The position numbers were made by a program, and so were the translations under genes. Below, in pieces: positions 38,141-48,213 of a stretch of 64,000 nt of DNA (the first letter of the stretch is position 1; the number at the start of each line of letters is the position of its first letter). Origin of the DNA: a virus; the IMG/VR virus record IMGVR_UViG_3300044844_000506, positions 1 to 64,000 of that record; one strand, written 5' to 3'. Below the pieces are notes generated by a model. That model was not told the DNA's origin, did not search any database, and worked only from the letters and a program-made list of their open reading frames with translations.

Positions 38141-39159
38141 TATAAAACCTCAAGGTTTTCTGGGAAGTATCTCTTAACTAAGTTAATTAACTTAGTATTC
38201 TGGTTCTCATCAATTAGGTGAGCCATGCCAGCGGTGTCCCAGATATTCTCCAATAATATGCCCTCACGGTCTAAAAATTTGTAATCGAACTTGGCATTCT
38301 GTAGAACTTTAATGTTATTTGGGTTGCCAGTCACAGAGTTAATTAAAGCATATAGATCTGTCTTGTCTTTGTTCAAGAAAGGAGACTCTCTATGATAGAT
38401 AGGAATAACAACACTAGCTACCCCTTCCGCATCCTTGTAAGAGATTGAGATAGTAAGAATCTTATCTGTTAAGAAGTTTAATCCATTAGTCTCAATGTCA
38501 ACAGAGACTGCTTCATCGGTTGAGTCCAGAGAGTTAGTAGAAATAATCTGTTTAAATTCTTGGAGATCTTTTACAACCGAGTATCTTAACTTTAGTGGAG
38601 TAATACTCTTATGAATAATCTTATTCAGAGCTAAAGATACATCGCTGATAATAACATCTCTGTACTTAGGCTCAATAAATAAGATTGATAGGCTATAAGT
38701 TGGAATTACAGGAATCTCATTATAATTAAATTCTGAGCCGTGATTCTTCTCAATACCAGACTTCTTCATTAGCATCTTAAATGCTAAGTTTCCCATAGGA
38801 ATGATCAGCTTGGGCTTTACAGCCTCTACAGTCTCTTCCAAGTACTTTCTACATACTTTCATGCTCTCAGCATCCATGTGCTTATCCTGCACTTGTGGAC
38901 ACTTTACGGAGGCAGAGATTGTATACTTTATATTTCCTAGTAGAGGCCCGATCACATCATTAAATAATGCCTCTGTTTGCTCAGATAAAACTAAACCCTC
39001 AAACCCATTAAATTGAAATGAGTCTACAAGAAATAGTATATCCGACTGACTTAGGTCTACATAATCCTTATAGCAGTGAAACGGTTTATTAATAGAAAGA
39101 ATCTTGCAACCTTGACATTCAGGGTTCTCGTTTTTCTTGTATAAATCTAAAAGACTCAT
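38140..39159 (-). CDS. Family A DNA polymerase N-terminal fragment: UDG-like domain + ExoI/ExoII (part 1)
   Basis: CxxC..VKC...C..YL...KPKLIIxMG..A...PTY, then DIETNG, QNAKFD, WDT...LIDEN. Confidence 0.85.
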   Translation of the reverse strand: MSLLDLYKKNENPECQGCKILSINKPFHCYKDYVDLSQSDILFLVDSFQFNGFEGLVLSEQTEALFNDVIGPLLGNIKYTISASVKCPQVQDKHMDAESMKVCRKYLEETVEAVKPKLIIPMGNLAFKMLMKKSGIEKNHGSEFNYNEIPVIPTYSLSILFIEPKYRDVIISDVSLALNKIIHKSITPLKLRYSVVKDLQEFKQIISTNSLDSTDEAVSVDIETNGLNFLTDKILTISISYKDAEGVASVVIPIYHRESPFLNKDKTDLYALINSVTGNPNNIKVLQNAKFDYKFLDREGILLENIWDTAGMAHLIDENQNTKLINLVKRYFPENLEVL

Positions 39160-39173
39160 AAATATAATAAAGT

Positions 39174-39527
39174 ATGGCGCAGTATATAGACAATAAAAGG
39201 TTTGAGTTTTTAGTTAGTTCTTACATATATGAAAGAACTGACAAAATCGAGGCAGAGCTTATAGAAAATCTGGACAAGCTGATAGATAATATCTTCTTGT
39301 CCTTTAATTTTAAGATAGACCACGAAGATGCGAAGCAAGATTGTTATTTGTTAATCTTCCGCGTAATGCGGAACTTTAAACCAGAAAACGGTAGTGCGTT
39401 TAATTACTTCACTACCGTTATCGTAAACAATCTAAGGTTACTGTACACTAAGAATAAAATCTATGCACAGAAACTAGAAAACTACATGAATATAAAATCC
39501 AACGATAAAGATTTACTTACAAGTTGA
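39174..39527 (+). CDS. gp55-like late sigma factor
   Basis: YIDNK, D..QD, NFKPE..SAFNYFT; region 2 only. Confidence 0.8.
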   Translation: MAQYIDNKRFEFLVSSYIYERTDKIEAELIENLDKLIDNIFLSFNFKIDHEDAKQDCYLLIFRVMRNFKPENGSAFNYFTTVIVNNLRLLYTKNKIYAQKLENYMNIKSNDKDLLTS

Positions 39528-39845
39528 ATTCTTAATCTTAGGACTTACGAAGCTGCGCCTAATCAAATGAGGAATATCGTAAGTTCTATATTGTCTGCTG
39601 TCGCCCCAATAAGTCACTAAGGAAGGCGACCTATTGATTTTAAATCTATTGCTAAGTTCTGGCAGATCAAATAGATTAACCTCGTAAATCTGATCGTTGG
39701 TAGGACTTGAATTTAACTGCTCAAGAAGAGCGGCGCAATTATTGTCCTGCCAAGGGCTGAAGAAATAGAAGGTCTTTGAATCCGAAGTTTCTTCTGCTTC
39801 CTTGAGAAGAGAATAAAATTCAGATACAGTTGTAATTTTCTTCAT
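39513..39845 (-). CDS. Thioredoxin-fold protein
   Basis: FFSPW, EVN....ELSNRFKI.RSPSL; no CxxC. Confidence 0.6.
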   Translation of the reverse strand: MKKITTVSEFYSLLKEAEETSDSKTFYFFSPWQDNNCAALLEQLNSSPTNDQIYEVNLFDLPELSNRFKINRSPSLVTYWGDSRQYRTYDIPHLIRRSFVSPKIKNSTCK

Positions 39846-40213
39846 AGAACTTCAATCTTACTTGATGTTGGAGAACCAGAAGCATTTAACATTTCAGGAT
39901 GTTCAGAGAAATACTTCTTTGCTTCCTCTGTAATCTGAGTATTAACTGCTTCTACACCCTTAAGGAAGATTGTCTTAATAAAGTCTTGCTCTGAAAGACT
40001 TTCAGGCTTAATCATTTCCATAAATGACTTATAGCCTTCTGCTTCTTCTTTGGATAAATCAATATAAATCTTCATTTTTCTAACTATTCCTTTGTTGGAA
40101 ACTTTTTCACGAATACGAACACCACTATTTCTTAATGATAAATGTAAAACATCTTTACCTTTAACGGTAATATTTACATCATGATCATTAAGTGTACTTA
40201 AACTATTAGACAT
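39842..40213 (-). CDS. Hypothetical protein
   Basis: 123-aa ORF. Confidence 0.65.
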   Translation of the reverse strand: MSNSLSTLNDHDVNITVKGKDVLHLSLRNSGVRIREKVSNKGIVRKMKIYIDLSKEEAEGYKSFMEMIKPESLSEQDFIKTIFLKGVEAVNTQITEEAKKYFSEHPEMLNASGSPTSSKIEVL

Positions 40214-40289
40214 TTTTTTAAGCTCTGGATTCTATAATATACTCAGATAGATAATTCTATCTATTATAGAGAGGACGAGTTTAAAAAAT

Positions 40290-40814
40290 ATGGAAGATCG
40301 AGTATCAGCAGAGGATTTGTTGAAGTTGAAGAAAAAGAAACGGGTCAATAGCCGTACAAAAGGTAATGCGTTTGAACGAAAGGTTGCATCAATACTAAAT
40401 GAGTACCATGAGACTTCAGACTTTTGCAGAACTCCAGGTTCAGGTGCATTCGCTACAACACACAAACTACCGAAGCATCTTCAAGTTAAAGGAGATTTAA
40501 TTACTCCAACAAACTATCCTTTTGTAATAGAGTGTAAGAAAGGTTATAAGTTCTCTATATCTGATTGTTTAAATCTTAAATCAGATTTTAGAGAAATTAT
40601 AAACAAGATAGAAAAAGAAGCTAAAGACAGTAATAAACTTCCATTACTAATCTTTCAACAAGATAGACAATCTGTATACTGTTTAACTACATTAAATAAC
40701 TACAGTATAAAGATAGACCTATCTACTGTAGATTCTTATCTTTTACTAGATAATAAATATCTAGTAATTCCGTTATCATACCTTCTAAAAACTCTTCCGA
40801 AATACTTTCATTAG
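40290..40814 (+). CDS. Holliday junction resolvase (Hjc-like PD-(D/E)XK)
   Basis: NSRTKGNAFER, RTPGSGA, GDL, IECK. Confidence 0.85.
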   Translation: MEDRVSAEDLLKLKKKKRVNSRTKGNAFERKVASILNEYHETSDFCRTPGSGAFATTHKLPKHLQVKGDLITPTNYPFVIECKKGYKFSISDCLNLKSDFREIINKIEKEAKDSNKLPLLIFQQDRQSVYCLTTLNNYSIKIDLSTVDSYLLLDNKYLVIPLSYLLKTLPKYFH

Positions 40815-43251
40815 TAGGAGCTACTGGATTTAGTCTGTGTCTTCTAATTGCATCTCTTCTTAGATAAATAGTATTTAATAAAGAAGATGAATCGTATTTA
40901 CGAGTTGTAACTGTAAACCAACAATTAATAACATTACCATATTGTTTTCCTGTACTAATGTGAATACCTTTTTTATCTGATGATATCTTGTATTCACCAT
41001 TTATAAATTTAGACAGTTCTTCTCGTAGAGCTTTGTTGTTGTTTATAATGTAATTATTACCAGTATTAAAGTATCTACACTCGGTAAGCATTTCTTTTTC
41101 ACTGGCAGCTTGACTATAGATCATTGTAGATACATACTTTCTCCAGTTAATAGCATCTTCTGTTAGCTTACCTTTTTTGTCTACTTTATTGCACTCAGTT
41201 TTAAGTTTCGACAATATAATTGCTCTCTTGATTCTGTTTGAGATAGCCCTCTTTACTGTAGCATTACTCAAGTCATCTGGTTTTATACCTTCAATTTTTG
41301 CTAGATCATCATAATTGCTATTCAACTTAAGTTTTTCCAAGAATCCATTTATAGTATTTATATTAACTTCTTCTCTACTATAACCAGGAACTATCTTATT
41401 TGTAAATAAATTTTCAACTCCTAACATTATAGTATCTACTTCTCTAACTTTAGATACAGCTATATTATGATCAAGTTGAAATGTTTCTAATGCCTTTATA
41501 GTATGCGGGTGATTTTCTTGTAATTTTCTGTGGAATGTTCCCATACCTCTTTCAGCTAATTTTGCTTTACCTTCTATAGTATAAGTCTTTAAACCTATAG
41601 GTAAAGCAGCTTTAAAATCACCATCACCGACATCTATTAGATTTCCTCTAAATGATTGAGCTTCTACTGGATTCATACCATACTTCTCTGTTAATAGAGA
41701 TTGTACATCGTCTTCTGATGAATAGAATTCAATCATGTCTGCATTAAAACCAAAGTCTTCTTTGTTACCTGTATGTTGAATTGCTTCAGGTTTTCGCAAG
41801 AATAATGAATCTTTCTCAAATCTAATTAATTTAGGTAAGATCTTATCTACAGTTGGAATATCTACTTCTTTTAAAATATTCTTACTTAGGTTTTTCTTTG
41901 GAGATTTCTCAGATCTAATGGCTCTGATATTATCAACTAATTGTTTTTTATCTATTACAAATCTATCAGCAGCAGCTTCACCTCTTTCAAAAGGTATTGC
42001 AATTTTGTATGCATCAATTAGTCCTTGTTCAAATTTGTCAGAAGCATCCTTTAGAGTAACTGCGGCAGATTTATAATCATTCTTGTACGCATGATCAATT
42101 ACTATTCTATAGTTCTCTGCTGAATTTCCTCTAACACTATTAAACTCTGCTGTCTCTCTTTCAGATATATTTTTAATTCTACTAATTCTAATTCCCTTAC
42201 TACCTCTAGTCATCTTCTGTTGTAGATCCCACTGATTTATTAGTCTATTTGTTTTACTAATAACGTGCTCTAAGAAAGGGAACAAATGTACATCTTGTCT
42301 ATAAGATCCTTCAACATTTGGTGGTGTAGTTCTTCCAACTAAACAAACTCCATCTTCTAATGCTGTATCTAAAATCCAGATACCATCCCCATCAACCTTC
42401 ATAGAGTTTTCTAAAAATTTCAAATCATCAGCAGTAAACTTACTGTTGTATAGTTTAGTTACGCAATCAGTAAATCTTTCAAACTTCTCTGCAACAATTT
42501 CTTTTTGTCTAGTGCTAAGTTGTTTTTGAACAGTTACCTTAGTCCCATCTTCTTTTCCTAAAATTTGAACAGAGATTGAATTTGCCATTTTATTTTTAAG
42601 ACTTAATGGATGATCCCCGTCAATATGATCCCTCAACATACTATAGTCTTCTTTACCACCAGGACCAATTGTTGAAATTGTTTTTTTGTATATTGATGGA
42701 TAAGTTAACATCAATGAATAGTTTTGAGCTAAATTGTATAGATTAGTTGAAGACTTAGATATTTTTTCGTGGAATAAATAAGATACAGGATTAACAGGCA
42801 AATTAAATAATGGATCTATTTGTTGACCCATCATTTCTTCTTCTGGTTGTTCTTCTGTTACTGACTGTTTTAGATCTTTACGAGTCTTGTCTAGACTTGC
42901 AGAAAACACTTTATAAGCAGGATGACTCCTAAGAGGAGTAAAGTTAAGATCCGTTACAGGCAAAGCAGCAGAGCCTCCTTGCTTTACTACGACTTGACCT
43001 GATCTCTTACCTTCTCTTGCAACGAATACTTGAGTTCCAGGATCTTTACTTTCTGGAACATCTACAACATAGTTATCTTGGTCTTTTAAAGATACCGCTC
43101 TGTTTATGTATTGTAAAGCAAGCTCATGTGCAGCATCACTTACAGTACTCTTTTTAGGTGCTGAAGTTCCGTCTTTAGCTTCATTTAATGGATTAAATGA
43201 TCTTTTTTTAATCTTACTGTATGATTGTAATAAATTGGTGTAATAATCCAT
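40723..43251 (-). CDS. Large protein with possible PD-(D/E)XK nuclease motifs
   Basis: 842 aa; RGNSAE ... NADMI ... IGLK pattern; follows the tail tube gene. Confidence 0.5.
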   Translation of the reverse strand: MDYYTNLLQSYSKIKKRSFNPLNEAKDGTSAPKKSTVSDAAHELALQYINRAVSLKDQDNYVVDVPESKDPGTQVFVAREGKRSGQVVVKQGGSAALPVTDLNFTPLRSHPAYKVFSASLDKTRKDLKQSVTEEQPEEEMMGQQIDPLFNLPVNPVSYLFHEKISKSSTNLYNLAQNYSLMLTYPSIYKKTISTIGPGGKEDYSMLRDHIDGDHPLSLKNKMANSISVQILGKEDGTKVTVQKQLSTRQKEIVAEKFERFTDCVTKLYNSKFTADDLKFLENSMKVDGDGIWILDTALEDGVCLVGRTTPPNVEGSYRQDVHLFPFLEHVISKTNRLINQWDLQQKMTRGSKGIRISRIKNISERETAEFNSVRGNSAENYRIVIDHAYKNDYKSAAVTLKDASDKFEQGLIDAYKIAIPFERGEAAADRFVIDKKQLVDNIRAIRSEKSPKKNLSKNILKEVDIPTVDKILPKLIRFEKDSLFLRKPEAIQHTGNKEDFGFNADMIEFYSSEDDVQSLLTEKYGMNPVEAQSFRGNLIDVGDGDFKAALPIGLKTYTIEGKAKLAERGMGTFHRKLQENHPHTIKALETFQLDHNIAVSKVREVDTIMLGVENLFTNKIVPGYSREEVNINTINGFLEKLKLNSNYDDLAKIEGIKPDDLSNATVKRAISNRIKRAIILSKLKTECNKVDKKGKLTEDAINWRKYVSTMIYSQAASEKEMLTECRYFNTGNNYIINNNKALREELSKFINGEYKISSDKKGIHISTGKQYGNVINCWFTVTTRKYDSSSLLNTIYLRRDAIRRHRLNPVAPTNESISEEFLEGMITELLDIYYLVKDKNLQ

Positions 43252-43260
43252 AAATTAATT

Positions 43261-43294
43261 AAGCCCACCCATACACTATTATATGGATGGGCTT
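43261..43294 (-). terminator. Hairpin after the tail tube gene
   Basis: AAGCCCAcCCATA / TATGGaTGGGCTT arms. Confidence 0.6.
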
Positions 43295-43314
43295 TCCTAA
43301 ATCAATTACTTAAA

Positions 43315-43905
43315 TTAAGTGTTAGCTGTTGGATTCTTAACAACGAAGTCGTATCTACAAGTTAATGTGATTGTATGGAAATCAGAAGCTGCGTAATCTC
43401 TTGTAGCCTCAGTCCAAGACTTGGGCCAAAGACCAACTAATCTTGTATGAGCCACTGGTTGACCTTGGTTATTTAATTCAATTACGTCAACGTGAATTTT
43501 AAAAGAGCCAGATCCTCTCTCATTTAAACCTGGAGTAAATTGACCAGTTGTTGGATTATAAATTGTCTTAATCCACTCGTACAAGTGAGTGCTTGTCTTT
43601 GTAGCAAAGATATTATCAAAGGTAAATGTAACATCCTTAGGACTTGACTTACCAGGATAGTAGAACTTATCGTTTACTCTATCTGCTACGATTTCTTCAA
43701 TATCAAAACCGATTTCAGATACGTTCTTGCAAGCCAATGTAAGTGGTTTATTTTCAGTTCCACCTACACCATCAAAGTTAGGAAGATAAAAAGTTACTTC
43801 CCACTGATAAGTTCTAACTGAATCTAATGCATGAGATAACTGAGGCATTTTCTTGCCTTCAATTGTTCTCTTTTCTGATGTTATAAAATAAGGTGTTGCA
43901 GCCAT
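43315..43905 (-). CDS. Tail tube protein (gp19-like)
   Basis: Follows the sheath gene; YYPGK, LYEW, LxGLWP, TCRYD. Confidence 0.85.
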   Translation of the reverse strand: MAATPYFITSEKRTIEGKKMPQLSHALDSVRTYQWEVTFYLPNFDGVGGTENKPLTLACKNVSEIGFDIEEIVADRVNDKFYYPGKSSPKDVTFTFDNIFATKTSTHLYEWIKTIYNPTTGQFTPGLNERGSGSFKIHVDVIELNNQGQPVAHTRLVGLWPKSWTEATRDYAASDFHTITLTCRYDFVVKNPTANT

Positions 43906-43931
43906 TTTTTATCCTCTAAGATTTATATATA

Positions 43932-46004
43932 CTAGCTACCAAGTTTGGCACTATTTGAAGTTACGTTGATTTCGAATACAATTGCTTCGGCAGCTTTTGT
44001 AGGAATTAAGATTATCTTACACCAAACTTCGCTACGATCAATTCTAGCTGGAGTGTTGGTGGTTTCATCACAAACTACCTTGAAGTCTGTGATGCCTCTA
44101 CGACGGCGAATATCATCAAGAATTGTTTCAGCCGCAGTTTTAATATTCTGCCAAGTAATTACATCGTTTGGTTCGAATGTGAATCTCTGGGTAGAAGCTA
44201 GTAAGGTCTTTCTTAGTAGAATTAAGAGTCTACGGACGTTAACTCTATCAAGAGCACTTGGGTTTCTTTGAGCAGTTCTCTGACCAAAGATTGTGATGCC
44301 CTGTTGTGGGAATTCTACTATTGGGTTTATAGCGTTACCACCTGAGTATAGAGAATCACGATCACCTTGGTTTAGAACAATCTCAACATCATTTGGTTTA
44401 GTTAGTCTACCGCGAGTAAATCCAGCAGGAGCAAACCATGTTTCTGCTACGCTATCAGTATAGCACATTTGTCTTGCGGCATAGATTGCTGGATCCATCC
44501 ACTTATCTACACCATCGAATACCGAGAATACACGGACCCAAGGGAAGTAAATAGCAGCGTAAGATGAATTGATAGCAGCAGTTCTAGTCTCTGATTGACC
44601 ATTGTGCCAATCGAGTGCTTCTTGTACAGTATCAATTGAACCATATGGAGGTGATACAATTGCAATAAAGTTCTGACTCTGTTCAGCTAGAGTTACTAAA
44701 GCATTTTGTAAGTTCTGGTTGCTAAATCCAGGAACTAAAGCTATTGAGATATTGAGTGTATCATTATCTAAAGCGTAGATACCTTCCTTTGGACTAACTG
44801 TAGGATCACCAATTAATGCAGAAGCATTAGTGTCATTGTCCGTGGAAGTTCCATTAGTACCTGCTCCTAAGTTATAAGTACCATCAATTAATTTAAGGAA
44901 TCTTGGGTTAGCAGCACCAACAGCAGATGATCCTCTCTTGCCCTGAATATTAGTTAATCCAAGGTCTGATAATCTACCAATGAAGGATGTCAACTTAGTT
45001 GGAGTAAAGTCATTGAGTGATGATACAAGGTAAGCCTTGATTACATCTGACTTAGCATTATCAGTACCAACATTAATTAGATCTTCAATGAAAGCACCAG
45101 AAGCTAAGAAGTTAGGCTTAAAGTATTCTACGGCTGCACCATCCTCATTTACTTCTAATGAGAAACTAGCGAAGCCTAGGTTAGTAATTTCAACTGAGTT
45201 ACCACTTACAGAACCATCACCTGTTGTTCCACCATTATAACCAGCACCTGGGTATAAGGACTTGACTAAGTAAGAAACACCAGAAGTTGAGTCAGAATTA
45301 AGTGTTACACCAGAAGCTGTTACGGAAGATGCTACTGATCCTGTTGGAGAACCGTTCTCGTCCAAGGCAAAAAGTGCGCTTACTCCAGTTGTTCTAGTAG
45401 AGTTAGAATATGCGGTAACAGTTATTGTTGCACCAGAACCAGCATAGGAACCGAATACATAACCTGATGCTTGGCTGGCAGTATCAAATATAGATCCGAA
45501 GTGAGATTGATCTAAGCCGTTACCTATTGCTTTTACAAGAGCAGTACCCTGATTAGAAGTTGCAGCTACTGTTCCTGAAGGAATATTAACTTGTTTAGCT
45601 GATATTAACTTAGAAACCCCATTATTGTCAGTTACCTGTATATCTAGGTATAAGTTTTGAGTTACACCGAAGGAGTTACCAGATACTATTACAGCAGGAC
45701 AAGCACCCATTGGTACTGCTGCTGATGCTTCTAGTGCTGTGCTGGTAGTTCCTCTTACAAAGTAAACGGCATTAGTTGCTTCTAGAATCTCAACTGCACC
45801 TTCAAGACCCTGACCAGGAATTGCATTTGAAGGCTTACCGAAGATATTAATTAGGTTTTGAGGTGATGTAACTAAAGTAGCCTTGTTTACTGGTCCTTTA
45901 GAAGCATAACCTACAATACCGACGATACTAGAATCAATAGCAACTCCGTAGTCGCTAACATCTTTCTCGATAACATATACACCTGGGCTACTAAGTTTTA
46001 CCAT
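43932..46004 (-). CDS. Contractile tail sheath (gp18-like)
   Basis: SPGVYVIEKD, WFAPAGFTRG, INPI, FGQRT, LDRVNVRRL, FEPND. Confidence 0.96.
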   Translation of the reverse strand: MVKLSSPGVYVIEKDVSDYGVAIDSSIVGIVGYASKGPVNKATLVTSPQNLINIFGKPSNAIPGQGLEGAVEILEATNAVYFVRGTTSTALEASAAVPMGACPAVIVSGNSFGVTQNLYLDIQVTDNNGVSKLISAKQVNIPSGTVAATSNQGTALVKAIGNGLDQSHFGSIFDTASQASGYVFGSYAGSGATITVTAYSNSTRTTGVSALFALDENGSPTGSVASSVTASGVTLNSDSTSGVSYLVKSLYPGAGYNGGTTGDGSVSGNSVEITNLGFASFSLEVNEDGAAVEYFKPNFLASGAFIEDLINVGTDNAKSDVIKAYLVSSLNDFTPTKLTSFIGRLSDLGLTNIQGKRGSSAVGAANPRFLKLIDGTYNLGAGTNGTSTDNDTNASALIGDPTVSPKEGIYALDNDTLNISIALVPGFSNQNLQNALVTLAEQSQNFIAIVSPPYGSIDTVQEALDWHNGQSETRTAAINSSYAAIYFPWVRVFSVFDGVDKWMDPAIYAARQMCYTDSVAETWFAPAGFTRGRLTKPNDVEIVLNQGDRDSLYSGGNAINPIVEFPQQGITIFGQRTAQRNPSALDRVNVRRLLILLRKTLLASTQRFTFEPNDVITWQNIKTAAETILDDIRRRRGITDFKVVCDETTNTPARIDRSEVWCKIILIPTKAAEAIVFEINVTSNSAKLGS

Positions 46005-46016
46005 ATTATAATCCTA

Positions 46017-46199
46017 TTAATTATTTGATATAGTTATCAATCTTCTTTTCTGAAGTTTTTTAACGTGTTCTGTTATAAATGATGCTGGAACAATCTTAGC
46101 ATCATGTGGTTGAAATAGATAACTCTTGAGTCCTTTTGGGGTTAGAAGATAAACTTCAAGAGTTTGTAATGAATCGTTTCTAATTACTTTTGTTTCCAT
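46017..46199 (-). CDS. Hypothetical protein
   Basis: 60-aa ORF upstream of the sheath gene. Confidence 0.6.
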   Translation of the reverse strand: METKVIRNDSLQTLEVYLLTPKGLKSYLFQPHDAKIVPASFITEHVKKLQKRRLITISNN

Positions 46200-46204
46200 A
46201 ATGC

Positions 46205-46594
46205 TTACTTTACGCCTTTACGAGCTTTTTTTCCAGCTTTTCTACCTGCTCGAAGAGCAAATCTATGTTGATGCATATCTTTATTACGAGTTTTTCTAAG
46301 TAATTCTTGTTCAGAGGTATCTATATCTGGAGAAGCTCTTAATCTTGCAACAAACTCTTCTGGAGCACCAGGAAATTCAGGATACCTAGGCGATAATGGT
46401 CTTGTACCTGAACCAGTTGTTTTCTTACCTCTACTAGAACGATGTACTGATTGTCTACCTGGCTCACTTAGAGCTAATCTGTTTTGTCTAATTAGTTTTT
46501 TTGCTCTTGTACTTAGACCTTTATCTACTTTAGCCTCTAATAGATTACCTAAATCAAGCGATTCGTAGAGTAATATTTTACCTGCTGTTATCAT
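46205..46594 (-). CDS. Basic putative internal head protein
   Basis: LLYE/LLE leader followed by a K/R-rich body. Confidence 0.55.
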   Translation of the reverse strand: MITAGKILLYESLDLGNLLEAKVDKGLSTRAKKLIRQNRLALSEPGRQSVHRSSRGKKTTGSGTRPLSPRYPEFPGAPEEFVARLRASPDIDTSEQELLRKTRNKDMHQHRFALRAGRKAGKKARKGVK

Positions 46595-46637
46595 AATTTA
46601 ATCTTCCTATATTATATACTTTATATATATTTGTAAA

Positions 46638-46949
46638 TTAACTATTTTTTAGCGATAACGAATTATTTATTGCCTTATTATACCAGTTAATTTTAAGCTG
46701 TTTGTATTTCTCGGTCTTCCTAAATTGATCCCTATCTGGTTTAGTAGGAATTAAATTTCTAATTTTATAAAGTTTATTTTGTAAGTTACGTCTTATTAAG
46801 ACTATTTCTGGATCAATAAAACCGTCTTGAGAATTAAGTGAATGCTCAACCGTCAAGTTTATTATTTTTCTATAAAGTCTTTTATATGCTAAGGTAGCAC
46901 TTGAAGGCTGGGTGTAAGGACTGCTAATAATATAATCTACATAATCCAT
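46638..46949 (-). CDS. Hypothetical protein
   Basis: 103-aa ORF coupled to the gp15-like gene. Confidence 0.55.
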   Translation of the reverse strand: MDYVDYIISSPYTQPSSATLAYKRLYRKIINLTVEHSLNSQDGFIDPEIVLIRRNLQNKLYKIRNLIPTKPDRDQFRKTEKYKQLKINWYNKAINNSLSLKNS

Positions 46950-47695
46950 TAGCTAGTACGAGGTTTTGTATAGATACCTCCTTCTAAGTATATACGTTCG
47001 ATCTTTCCCGTACTAGTCATTAAAAATTTTGGATATGGTATATGTGTTTCTACTTTTAACCCAAATAATTTATTTAAAAGTCTATCTTCTCCATCTCCAG
47101 CCTCTAAACTTGACATATTCTGTTCTGAAGCTAAGAATATCTTACCATATTTAGTAAATGGAGTATTAACGTCCATAGAAGGATGGAACATTCTTTGAAT
47201 TTGTTCAGTAATTTGATCCATATCTTCTTTAAATTTAGTCCACACAGAAATATCGTATTCGATTGATACGGCTTTAGGAACTAAACTAACTACTCTAATA
47301 GCTCTTTGTTTGTCATTATCCCAGTATTTCTCACTGGTTATTAATGGTGTATATCTTCTTTGTTCTGCTTCCTCAGTTGTCTGCGTTTGATCAACAGCTA
47401 TTATTGGTAATACCACCAGAGTATCTTTATTTAATTTAGCGATAGTTCTTTCTGGTGATCCTGGAACACACTTAACATTTTTAATACTTTTATCTGGAAG
47501 CTGAATAACAATATTATTAAATAGCGATAATATGTTCCTAAGTTGCTCTTGATAAAACGAAGTAATTAAAGATTCTTTTCTAACGCTTTCAAGAATTAAT
47601 TGACGAACATAGTATTCTGGAGAATAATCGCTTCCAATGTCAAATGATGAAGTATTATATTCAGACAGACTTAATGTGTTAGATGATGTAGTCAT
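46949..47695 (-). CDS. Tail terminator (gp15-like)
   Basis: LFNNI, VxC..GSPE, LPII, P....YDISVW...DMDQI.EQI...F.P. Confidence 0.75.
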   Translation of the reverse strand: MTTSSNTLSLSEYNTSSFDIGSDYSPEYYVRQLILESVRKESLITSFYQEQLRNILSLFNNIVIQLPDKSIKNVKCVPGSPERTIAKLNKDTLVVLPIIAVDQTQTTEEAEQRRYTPLITSEKYWDNDKQRAIRVVSLVPKAVSIEYDISVWTKFKEDMDQITEQIQRMFHPSMDVNTPFTKYGKIFLASEQNMSSLEAGDGEDRLLNKLFGLKVETHIPYPKFLMTSTGKIERIYLEGGIYTKPRTS

Positions 47696-48210
47696 TGTCC
47701 TATATCTATGTTGCCTACGGAATCAGGAGTTATCAAGTTTGGTTTATCTACTATTTCTTCGTGACCTCTTAAGAACTTAGCAGTGCAAACATAATGATAA
47801 ATTCCATAGTTCTCGAATCCATCTTCTTGAACTTCATAAATCTCAAATTTTACTTTTTGAAACTTAGGCTCAATTACATCTCCAGGAATTGGAGGTCTAT
47901 TTAAGGTCTTAATGATATATGCTTTATTAAAAGTAAATACCTGTTCAGATTCTAATTCCAAACCAAACTTACTAAGTTTTTCTTCAATTGCTTTAGGGTC
48001 ATAGTGACCATGAACTAATATAGGAACTTTAGAGATACTTTTTATTCTCTCTTCTAAGTAGACATCACTATAAGTTTTATCCTGATAGTATTTGTAGTAT
48101 AACATTTCAGATCCAGATAATTTGATTAACTCATCGTCTACAGAGTTAAACATTTCTATATCAGGATTTTTTAAATCAAATAGATTTAACTTATAAGATC
48201 TCTCGGTCAT
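47692..48210 (-). CDS. Neck protein (gp14-like)
   Basis: E.IKL.G, D.VY.E, LSKFGL, P.PGDVI, FEI..V. Confidence 0.8.
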   Translation of the reverse strand: MTERSYKLNLFDLKNPDIEMFNSVDDELIKLSGSEMLYYKYYQDKTYSDVYLEERIKSISKVPILVHGHYDPKAIEEKLSKFGLELESEQVFTFNKAYIIKTLNRPPIPGDVIEPKFQKVKFEIYEVQEDGFENYGIYHYVCTAKFLRGHEEIVDKPNLITPDSVGNIDIGQ

Positions 48211-48213
48211 TTA

